Source: Thermodesulfobacteriota bacterium
GTDB lineage: Bacteria; Desulfobacterota; Desulfobulbia; Desulfobulbales; SURF-16
Direction: 5' to 3'
Length of the DNA: 13,932 nucleotides
NCBI GenBank assembly: GCA_039715015.1
Contig: JBDLIE010000066.1
Location: forward strand, 1-13,932
Below the pieces are notes generated by a model. That model was not told where the DNA came from. It did no database searches and was given only the letters and a program-made list of their open reading frames with translations. A program made the position numbers and the translations under genes. Within the stretch, counting starts at the first letter, position 1. Every line of letters begins with the position of its first letter. Shown piece after piece: positions 1 to 6,822 of this stretch.

Positions 1-91
1 CGGCTAGTGGTTCATGTTAAGTTTCACACCTAACACAGGAACACCCACAGGGGACTTGAACCCCACTAGTTCACGCCCATGCCGGGCGTAC
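1..91 (-). mobile_element. 5' end (domain I start) of a group II intron, IIC-attC type, inserted antisense into an attC site; continues beyond the left edge
   Basis: The - strand reads ...GCATTGT|GTACGCCCGGCATGGGCGTGAACTAGTGGGGTTCAAGTCCCCTG... This gives a TTGT 5' exon end (95-92), a GUGYG-like start (GUACG), the class C CCCGGCATGGG motif and a GGGG-TTCAAG-TCCCC hairpin. It sits exactly where the R'' box (RYYTA|AC) of the next attC is cut. Confidence 0.85.
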
Positions 92-211
92 ACAATGCGT
101 TCAACGCCGACCCGCAAGAACGTGCGATTTTTCGAAATTAACCCAAAAACTTAGCCACGTTCCAAGTTGGCAGCCAGCCCGTTGGCGGGCGGGTTAACTT
201 TGGCGTTAGCC
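92..211 (+). repeat. attC site, interrupted at R'' by the intron
   Basis: Residual AC of R'' at 92-93. GTTCAACGCCGACCCGC (99-115) pairs with GCGGGCGGGTTAAC (185-198), leaving extrahelical bases. R' core GTTAGCC at 205-211. Confidence 0.85.
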
Positions 212-223
212 TGAAGGAAAAAC

Positions 224-1033
224 ATGCCAATACAACAAGATTTTTTGTCTTATCATAAATCAATCGGCAGAGAACTGAAGTCATCAGAGAGAAGAATTAG
301 AGACCTTATTGGCTCTTCTCACTGGCTAACTGATGGTGAGCATAAAGAAAGCATTCTACGGAAAGTGATTTCCGATTTTGCACCAGAAATATATAGAATT
401 GGTACAGGGTTTGTATGCTATCCGGGAGTAGCGAATGGCAATCAAAATAACTCTGGTCAATTAGATATTTTAATAACCTCTAAGATGAACCCAACTCTCT
501 ATAAAAGTGGGGAACTTCATTTTGTAACACCTGATTGCGCAAATGCAATAATCGAGGTTAAAACGAAAGTTTCAAATGGGGAAAAACTTCGAGAAGTCTT
601 ATCGAAGCTGAGTAATGACATAGAATCTATTCGAAATAATTCTGACAACTCAACTTCTTGCTGGGCTGGTCTATTTATATACAATACAGGCCAGCTTACG
701 GATAGAAATGTTCTTGAGATGCTTCAAAGTGTCACAAATGGTGATCGAATGAGGGTGATAAACTGCGTGGCAATTGGTGAAAATAAATTTGTACGATTTT
801 GGGAACATGGGCATTCAACAAGCAACTTAGGCCAAGATCCAATCTGGCATTCATATGACTTAAGAGATCTTTCACATGCCTATTTTGTTAGTAATTTAAT
901 ATCGCATTTATCTCCTAATTTCGATGATATATCATCTGAAGCTTGGTTTCCAGTCACTGGATCGAAAGAAATTCATAGATCTCTTTATGCAAAGTTGGCT
1001 GACAACGTAGCATTTGAATTTCAACAAGGCTAA
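224..1033 (+). CDS. Integron cassette protein, PD-(D/E)xK nuclease-like (DUF6602-like), 269 aa
   Basis: AAGGA RBS before the ATG. Motifs GEHKESILR, GTGFV, SGQLDILI and IIEVKT match the E...QxD...EVK layout of DUF6602/restriction-endonuclease-fold proteins (recognised from memory). The stop TAA lies inside the attC R'' box. AT-rich. Confidence 0.7.
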   Translation: MPIQQDFLSYHKSIGRELKSSERRIRDLIGSSHWLTDGEHKESILRKVISDFAPEIYRIGTGFVCYPGVANGNQNNSGQLDILITSKMNPTLYKSGELHFVTPDCANAIIEVKTKVSNGEKLREVLSKLSNDIESIRNNSDNSTSCWAGLFIYNTGQLTDRNVLEMLQSVTNGDRMRVINCVAIGENKFVRFWEHGHSTSNLGQDPIWHSYDLRDLSHAYFVSNLISHLSPNFDDISSEAWFPVTGSKEIHRSLYAKLADNVAFEFQQG

Positions 1034-1120
1034 CCAAAAAATTAAGCGGACGTCGTGAAGTGTGGCGGCGCTAGACGCGGCAAGTTCAATGGCGCCGTCC
1101 GCTTATTTAGGTCGTTAGAA
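1028..1120 (+). repeat. attC site of cassette 1 (93 bp)
   Basis: R'' GGCTAAC (1028-1034) is the exact reverse complement of the cassette's 5' core GTTAGCC (205-211). Arms AAATTAAGCGGAC / GTCCGCTTATTT pair with one extrahelical base. R' GTTAGAA at 1114-1120. Confidence 0.92.
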
Positions 1121-1135
1121 ATAATAAGGAAGCGA

Positions 1136-3055
1136 ATGAAGTACCGTTCAGAAATTGATGGTTTAAGAGCCATTGCAGTAATCCCAGTTATATTATTTCA
1201 TGCAGGATTTTCCACATTTAGTGGTGGATTTGTTGGCGTTGATGTTTTTTTCGTTATCAGTGGATACCTAATTACAACGATAATCCTCTCTGAAATGGAG
1301 AAAGGTACGTTTTCCATAGTCGACTTTTATGAAAGACGCGCGAGGCGTATTCTTCCTGCGCTTTTTCTGGTCATGTTTATTTCGCTACCCTTTGCATGGT
1401 TCTGGTTGCTACCAAGCGATATGAAGAGCTTTTCTCAAAGCTTGGTCGCTGTTTCATCATTTTCTTCAAATATTCTTTTTTGGCTTACGTCTGGCTATTG
1501 GGATACTGCGAGCGAATTGAAGCCTCTTTTACACACATGGAGTTTGGCGGTTGAAGAGCAATACTATGTTCTTTTTCCTCTATTTCTCATGCTAATGTGG
1601 AACTATAGAAAGCGTTGGATTCTTGGTGCTTTCATACTAATCGCTGGAATCAGTCTTATCACGGCACAGTGGGGTGCATATCACAATCCATCGGCAGCAT
1701 TTTATCTGTTACCAACAAGAGGTTGGGAACTTGCTATTGGTGCAGGCATCGCTTTTTATTTTCTATACCGTAAGCAGACTATTCGAACTCTCCTTTCGCA
1801 TAAGTTGGTTGATGAGGTACTTGGATTGCTCGGCTTGCTGATGATATGTTATGGGGTGCTTATCTTTGACGAAACAACTCCATTTCCCAGTATTTATGCC
1901 TTGATACCAACTATTGGAACTGGACTAATCATTCTTTTTTCATCATATGAAACAATAGCTGGTCGTCTGTTAAGCTCTAAACCATTAGTAGTAATAGGCT
2001 TAATTAGTTACAGTGCATATCTTTGGCATCAACCACTACTCGCTTTCGCAAGACACAGAGCCATTACTGATCCAAGTGATCTGCAATATGCTACTATAGC
2101 TTTTCTCTCGTTTCCACTTGCCTATTTAAGTTGGAAATATGTCGAGAAACCATTCAGAAATAGAAATAGAATCAGCAAAAAGAATATTTTCTTATTTTCA
2201 CTAATTGGGTCTGTCGTATTTATTTCCATTGGTTTAGCAGGGCATGTGACAAATGGATTTTATAATCGATACTCTGATAGCCAAAAAATCTTATTAGATA
2301 GTCATAAATACGATCGAAAAGAAGCGTACCGTGAGGGAGTCTGTTTTTTAGAGCCTGGTCAGAAATATTCTGACTTTAAGGATGAGTGCTTCTCTCCTGA
2401 CTCTGTCAATGGCGAGGATTTAATTATTCTCTGGGGTGACTCTCATGCAGCTGCGCTATCTTATGGGTTAAAAAAAATCATTCATGATTTGATACAATTA
2501 ACAGCAAGCGGGTGTACACCGATAATAGGATATAACCCAGCAGAAAGACCTCATTGCATTGATATTAATAATTATGTTTTAAGAAAAATTGAGCAGTTAA
2601 AACCTGAATTCTTAGTTCTGCATGCTAATTGGTTTAATCCATTAAATAAAATCGAATCTGGGTTAAAGGAAGGTTTGCTACATACAATATTGTATATTAG
2701 ATCAGTATCCCCAAAAACTAAAATCATTATCATTGGAGGCGTTCCTCAATGGAAACCTACCTTGCCATCGCTATTGTTAAAAAGCAATATTGAATTAAGA
2801 GAAATAGCTTATGTTCATTCTCAAAACCAAAAAAAAATACGAAATGCAGACAAAATGTTAGCATTGGTTGCAAATGAAAATGAATTAACATTCATCTCTC
2901 TTTTGGATATTTATTGTAAAGATGAAGAATGCTTGTCGTCTGTAAAATCAGGAAACACATATGAACCTTTCGCATGGGATTATGGGCACCTAACTAAATC
3001 ATCTTCTTCTTTAGTAGCAGAAAATATTCTGCCCACATTAATGCAAGCAAAGTGA
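1136..3055 (+). CDS. Acyltransferase-3 + SGNH fused O-acetyltransferase (OafA/YrhL family), 639 aa, cassette-borne
   Basis: Motifs RSEIDGLRAIAV, GGFVGVDVFFVISGYLIT, RRARRILP and HTWSLAVEEQYY, about 10-11 hydrophobic segments, then an SGNH domain with GDSHA and DYGH (DxxH). Start moved from 1055 to ATG 1136 (AAGGA RBS at 1126-1130) because the longer ORF runs through the attC. Confidence 0.92.
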   Translation: MKYRSEIDGLRAIAVIPVILFHAGFSTFSGGFVGVDVFFVISGYLITTIILSEMEKGTFSIVDFYERRARRILPALFLVMFISLPFAWFWLLPSDMKSFSQSLVAVSSFSSNILFWLTSGYWDTASELKPLLHTWSLAVEEQYYVLFPLFLMLMWNYRKRWILGAFILIAGISLITAQWGAYHNPSAAFYLLPTRGWELAIGAGIAFYFLYRKQTIRTLLSHKLVDEVLGLLGLLMICYGVLIFDETTPFPSIYALIPTIGTGLIILFSSYETIAGRLLSSKPLVVIGLISYSAYLWHQPLLAFARHRAITDPSDLQYATIAFLSFPLAYLSWKYVEKPFRNRNRISKKNIFLFSLIGSVVFISIGLAGHVTNGFYNRYSDSQKILLDSHKYDRKEAYREGVCFLEPGQKYSDFKDECFSPDSVNGEDLIILWGDSHAAALSYGLKKIIHDLIQLTASGCTPIIGYNPAERPHCIDINNYVLRKIEQLKPEFLVLHANWFNPLNKIESGLKEGLLHTILYIRSVSPKTKIIIIGGVPQWKPTLPSLLLKSNIELREIAYVHSQNQKKIRNADKMLALVANENELTFISLLDIYCKDEECLSSVKSGNTYEPFAWDYGHLTKSSSSLVAENILPTLMQAK

Positions 3056-3088
3056 ATCTAAACCATAAATCAATGGTGTACGAAAAAT

Positions 3089-3175
3089 TGCTAACAAACG
3101 CATGCACTCGGACAGCAAAAAGCGCCCCTCGTACCTCGCTCTGCTTTTTGCTGCCGGTGATGCGAGGCGTTAGGT
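3089..3175 (+). repeat. attC site of cassette 2 (87 bp)
   Basis: R'' TGCTAAC (3089-3095; one mismatch to the complement of GTTAGAA). Arms GCATGCACTCGGACAGCAAAAAGC / GCTTTTTGCTGCCGGTGATGC pair with extrahelical bases. R' GTTAGGT at 3169-3175. Confidence 0.92.
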
Positions 3176-3182
3176 TTTCACT

Positions 3183-3794
3183 ATGAGCGGATGTTGTAAT
3201 CAAGATTCTTTAGATCGGCTGCGCGAGCGACAGCGCGGAACATTACAAATTGTCCTCGGCATCAACGCCGTTATGTTCTGTATCATCGTTGCCGCTGCGT
3301 TCTATAGTAGATCAACCGCCCTGCTTGCTGACAGCCTTGACAATCTTGGCGATGCATTAACATATGGCCTCAGCCTTTACGCAGTTTCAAGGGGCGCTAC
3401 CGTCAAGGCCAAAGTTGCCCTGTTTAAAGGAGGGCTCATTTTCCTTGCGGCTTTCGCCGTGGCTGCTCAAATTATTTACAAGTTATTTGTCCCAAGCGTC
3501 CCCGTCTTCGAGGTTATGGGCGCGTTTAGTCTTCTTGCTTTTGCAGCAAACTCCCTTTGTCTTTTTCTTCTGTGGCGGCACCGTCACGAAGATGTGAATA
3601 TGAGTTCGGTGTGGGAGTGCTCGCGAAACGACATAGCATCAAATCTTTCTGTTTTCGTGGCGGCCGGTGCAGTTTGGTTCACCGGTTCAGGCTGGCCCGA
3701 TATTGCGGTTGCACTTAGCCTCGTGTGGTTCTTAATGCGTTCCGCTATTCGCGTTATTTCTTCAGCCATGGCAGAGCTTCGTGCGGCAGCCTGA
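3183..3794 (+). CDS. Cation diffusion facilitator (Co/Zn/Cd efflux-type), short form with no C-terminal cytosolic domain, 203 aa
   Basis: About six hydrophobic segments, CDF-type TM2 motif ALLADSLDNLGD, TM5 motif CSRND and an N-terminal CC pair. The protein ends shortly after the last TM segment. Confidence 0.85.
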   Translation: MSGCCNQDSLDRLRERQRGTLQIVLGINAVMFCIIVAAAFYSRSTALLADSLDNLGDALTYGLSLYAVSRGATVKAKVALFKGGLIFLAAFAVAAQIIYKLFVPSVPVFEVMGAFSLLAFAANSLCLFLLWRHRHEDVNMSSVWECSRNDIASNLSVFVAAGAVWFTGSGWPDIAVALSLVWFLMRSAIRVISSAMAELRAAA

Positions 3795-3850
3795 CAAGTC
3801 GTCTGGGCGGACGCCGAGAAAGAAGGCGGCGCTCAACTCTATCGTTAATA
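3789..3850 (+). repeat. Degenerate terminal attC of cassette 3 (62 bp)
   Basis: R'' reads GCCTGAC (3789-3795; AAC changed to GAC, overlapping the TGA stop). Imperfect arms GTCTGGGCGGACGCC / GGCGGCGCTCAAC. R' GTTAATA at 3844-3850. Confidence 0.75.
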
Positions 3851-4074
3851 TTGCCACATCCAACCTCAGTAATTTCCCAATTCACCCCATGTTGACATCA
3901 CTACTGTCCGGTTCCAGATACGAAATACTTCCTCCTCTGGTTCCATCATTGAATTGACTAAGGGCGAGGGATCGGTTCCCCACCCTCATCTGTAGGATTA
4001 GCCGTAAAGCGTTTCTATCCACCTAAGAGCTTCGGTGTCATTCACTTTACCAAGATACCTTTGGGGCAAACTAG

Positions 4075-4094
4075 GGGTCAATCCTGACCCTTTT
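4075..4094 (+). terminator. Possible weak intrinsic terminator downstream of the array
   Basis: GGGTCA-ATCC-TGACCC followed by TTTT; the stem is only 6 bp. Confidence 0.3.
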
Positions 4095-4230
4095 CTCATA
4101 GTATATCGTCACGCGCCATTCCCAAGCAGGTAAAAACCTGCTCACACCATATTTACCCCTGGTGCCTTATCTATTCTGTGCCCGGAATTTCTCCATAGGA
4201 AGCCGGTGATAAACTCGGGGTGAAATATGA

Positions 4231-4438
4231 CACTTTTCGAAATCTGATTACCATCGAATCTCAGCCACTTTCCTAGGATGATGTCGTAGGAGCCCGGCCC
4301 TCCGGGCGATAAAGAGACAATTCTGACTCGTCAGGTAGTCGTCCATCGCTCACAGGGGTGAGCTCCTACAGATCCCTATTGGTCGCTTGATGATGAGATA
4401 ATGGCTGAAACATGGTGGTAATCAGATTTCGAAATGTG
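4231..4438. mobile_element. MITE-like non-coding element with 23-bp terminal inverted repeats
   Basis: CACTTTTCGAAATCTGATTACCA (4231-4253) versus TGGTAATCAGATTTCGAAATGTG (4416-4438): 22 of 23 positions are complementary. Inner TCAGCCA (4261-4267) pairs with TGGCTGA (4402-4408). No ORF and no clear target-site duplication. Confidence 0.6.
4286..4369. repeat. Inverted doublet of GTAG-family REP-like palindromes (REPIN-like)
   Basis: + strand 4286-4310 reads GTAGGA-GCCCGG-CCCT-CCGGGC-GAT; - strand 4369-4345 reads GTAGGA-GCTCAC-CCCT-GTGAGC-GAT. Confidence 0.8.
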
Positions 4439-4614
4439 ATTAATGACGGCAGATTAAAAGAATCAAAAGCCAGCCAATCAATCACAAGCAAATCATCAAG
4501 AAAGGCAGGAGGTGCCAAAGCTGCTGAAGGATTACAAGCAGCCTGTCCCAGAGTAGAAGGGCTGCCTTCTGGATTACCCTTGGCCTGGTAATTTCAGGAA
4601 ATTAAACCCCTTTC

Positions 4615-5403
4615 TCAAATCTGCCTGGGACCTGAATTAGGCTTCTGGGCAAATGACTTGCTGAGCGGTCCCAAAACAGTGAGCGTGTCACCCGGCTTGA
4701 GGTCGAAGAGGTAGGAGGATATCTTTGCGGCCGGCGTTTTGGCAGCAGCTGTTGGTTGCCGTGGGGAGCTAAGGCGGATCCTCACCAGCAAGATTGCCTT
4801 TTCGTCTGGGCAGTCGACCATGGTGTAGGTCCGGGTCAACCTTGCCTGTCTTCCAGATTCTGTATTATTTTCGGAGGCAAGGGGTGGACATTCAATCTGA
4901 ACAAACTTGCCCTCCCTGAATGAGGCCTCTGCATGGCCAGGCAATTCCAGGATCAGTTCTTTGGCGGAGGGGGCCGTAGGGTCGTTGGCGCGGACCGGGC
5001 ACTGCCATCTTCTGACCCCGAAAAACTCGGGGGGGATTTCGATTGCCAGATCGCTTTTCACCGGGACCTGGCATGACAGACGGTAACCGGCCCGGATCTG
5101 TCGCCCGGAGAGGCGGCTCTGTTCCGTGGCTAAAAGATCTCCGCCGCCTTCAAGAATTTTTAGGCGGCATTGCCCGCAGATAGCGTTCCCCCCGCAGGCA
5201 GAGGGCAAAAAGATCCCCCCGCTAGCCAGGGCGTCTATGAGCTTGCCTCCGGACAGTACAGTAATGTCATTGCCCGGGGCACCATTGATCCGGATGGTAA
5301 CCTGCCGGGCGCCCACCAGTTTGGCCCGGGCCAGAAGAATGAGGCTTACCAGGACAAGAATGATCGTGGTAAAGATGCTGATGCCGAGAATGATTTCTAT
5401 CAT
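4615..5403 (-). CDS. nqrF: Na+-NQR subunit F-like protein, C-terminally truncated (262 aa; TM anchor + 2Fe-2S + shortened FAD domain, no NAD-binding domain)
   Basis: N-terminal TM helix, SACGGNAICGQC...RLSCQV iron-sulfur motif, RTYT (canonical RAYS), KISSY and LKPGDTLTVLGP, then a stop. GGGAGMAP and CGPP are absent. Last gene of the nqr operon. ATG at 5403 preferred over the TTG at 5412. Confidence 0.85.
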   Translation of the reverse strand: MIEIILGISIFTTIILVLVSLILLARAKLVGARQVTIRINGAPGNDITVLSGGKLIDALASGGIFLPSACGGNAICGQCRLKILEGGGDLLATEQSRLSGRQIRAGYRLSCQVPVKSDLAIEIPPEFFGVRRWQCPVRANDPTAPSAKELILELPGHAEASFREGKFVQIECPPLASENNTESGRQARLTRTYTMVDCPDEKAILLVRIRLSSPRQPTAAAKTPAAKISSYLFDLKPGDTLTVLGPLSKSFAQKPNSGPRQI

Positions 5404-5417
5404 GGTTAGCAAGAACC

Positions 5418-6029
5418 CTACAGTTGAATGCCGGAAAAGAGCAGGAAGACCATGGCCATCAGGCCCACCGTCATAAAGGTGAGGCCAAGGCCCCGCAGGG
5501 CCAGCGGGGCGTCGCTGTAGCGCAGCTTTTCCCGAATGCCGGCCAGGGCGGCAATGGCCAAGGCCCAGCCGCTTCCGGCCCCGAGGCCATATACCATGCT
5601 CTCGCTAAAGTTGTATTGCCGCTCCACCATGAAGAGCGAGCCGCCCAGTATGGCGCAGTTCACCGTGAGCAGGGGGAGAAAGATCCCCAAGGCGGTGTAG
5701 AGGGCCGGGAAAAATCGGTCCAGGACCATCTCCAGGATCTGGACCATTGCCGCAATCACCGCAATGGCGCAGATCAGGCCGAGAAAGCTGAGGTCCACCC
5801 CGGGCAGACCGGCCCAGGTCAGGGCCCCTTGTCTGAGCAGGTAACGGTAGATCAGGTTGTTGGCCGGAATGGTAATGGCCTGCACCACAATCACCGCTGC
5901 CCCGAGTCCCAGGGCGGTGCTTACCTTCTTGGACATAGCCAGAAAGGTGCACATGCCGAGGAAGACGCCCAGGGCCAGGTTCTCAAGGAAGACGGCCTTT
6001 ACAAGGATGTTGAGAAAGTGTTCCAGCAT
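5418..6029 (-). CDS. nqrE: Na+-translocating NADH:quinone reductase subunit E
   Basis: LGMCTFLA and [14 protein letters not shown] motifs (Fe-binding Cys), hydrophobic 203-aa protein, GGGAG RBS, operon position. Confidence 0.95.
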   Translation of the reverse strand: MLEHFLNILVKAVFLENLALGVFLGMCTFLAMSKKVSTALGLGAAVIVVQAITIPANNLIYRYLLRQGALTWAGLPGVDLSFLGLICAIAVIAAMVQILEMVLDRFFPALYTALGIFLPLLTVNCAILGGSLFMVERQYNFSESMVYGLGAGSGWALAIAALAGIREKLRYSDAPLALRGLGLTFMTVGLMAMVFLLFSGIQL

Positions 6030-6041
6030 AACGGTGCTCCC

Positions 6042-6216
6042 CTACTCTTTTTCCGCGTAAAAGTTTACCAGCACCTCATCTTCGTCCTTTTTTGCCTTCT
6101 CGAATAGAGGGGCTATGCTTCAAAGTCCCAAATGAACGAATCTAAGGCACTGGTAAACTTTTAGGGCCTTGAGTTTAGCCAAATTTCATAGCCCTGGTGA
6201 ACTACTCTTTTTCCGC
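6042..6216. repeat. 15-bp direct repeat CTACTCTTTTTCCGC (6042-6056 and 6202-6216) flanking a 145-bp insert with a long inverted repeat
   Basis: The repeat is the last four codons plus stop of nqrD. Inside, TAAAAGTTTACCAG (6058-6071) and CTGGTAAACTTTTA (6150-6163) are a perfect 14-bp inverted repeat. Confidence 0.9.
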
Positions 6217-6822
6217 CAGTTCCGGTTTCCAGGTCCTGAGTGCCCAGATACTCAGGCCGATCAGAAAAAAAGCGCTTGGGGCCAGAAGCATCAGGCCATT
6301 GGGCTGGTACCAGCCGCCGTCCCGGACCAGGGGTAGAACTTGCCGGCCAAACAACCTGCCGCTGCCCAGAAGTTCACGCCAGAAAGCGACCGTAAGCAGG
6401 ATAAGACCGTAGCCCAGGCCGTTGCCGATGCCATCCACAAAACTGTCCCAGACCCTGTTATGCATGGCAAAGCCCTCGCTTCGGCCCAGGACGATACAAT
6501 TGGTTATGATCAGGCCGACATAGACGGAAAGCTGTTTGCTTAGCCCATAACTGAAGGCCTTGATCAGCTGGTCAGCCACAATCACCAGGGAAGAGATAAT
6601 GGTCATTTGGACAATAATCCTGATACTGTCCGGGACGTGGTTGCGGATGAGGCTCACGGCCGCACCGGCGCAGGCAACAACCAGGGTCACGGTCACGGCC
6701 ATGACGCAGGCGGTGGTTAGTTTAGTGGTCACCGCCAGGGCGGAACAGATGCCCATGATCTGGCAGGCGATGGGATTTTTATTGACAATCGGTGTCAGGA
6801 GGATCTTTTTGGCCTTGCTCAT
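6202..6822 (-). CDS. nqrD: Na+-NQR subunit D
   Basis: [22 protein letters not shown] and [10 protein letters not shown] motifs; 206 aa; start overlaps the nqrC stop (ATGA). Confidence 0.95.
   Translation of the reverse strand: MSKAKKILLTPIVNKNPIACQIMGICSALAVTTKLTTACVMAVTVTLVVACAGAAVSLIRNHVPDSIRIIVQMTIISSLVIVADQLIKAFSYGLSKQLSVYVGLIITNCIVLGRSEGFAMHNRVWDSFVDGIGNGLGYGLILLTVAFWRELLGSGRLFGRQVLPLVRDGGWYQPNGLMLLAPSAFFLIGLSIWALRTWKPELAEKE

Noticed and set aside
1055..1135. 27-aa N-terminal extension of the acyltransferase ORF
   Set aside because: It runs through the attC of cassette 1. ATG 1136 has an RBS, and the family motif (YRSEIDGLR) starts right after it.
2994..3203. 69-aa - strand ORF
   Set aside because: It spans an attC and overlaps two real genes antisense; no recognisable motif.
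92..3850. CRISPR array or toxin-antitoxin cassette
   Set aside because: The repeats are dissimilar attC folds separated by whole genes, and no cassette contains a two-gene module.
3851..4230. Possible fourth cassette after the last GTT core
   Set aside because: No ORF of 60 aa or more in the track and no further attC fold that I could identify; at most an unrecognisable remnant.
4538..4597. Short hairpins downstream of nqrF (AGAAGG-GCTG-CCTTCT; CTGGATTACC/GGTAATTTCAG) as the operon terminator
   Set aside because: The stems are short or imperfect and lack a U-tract on the - strand.
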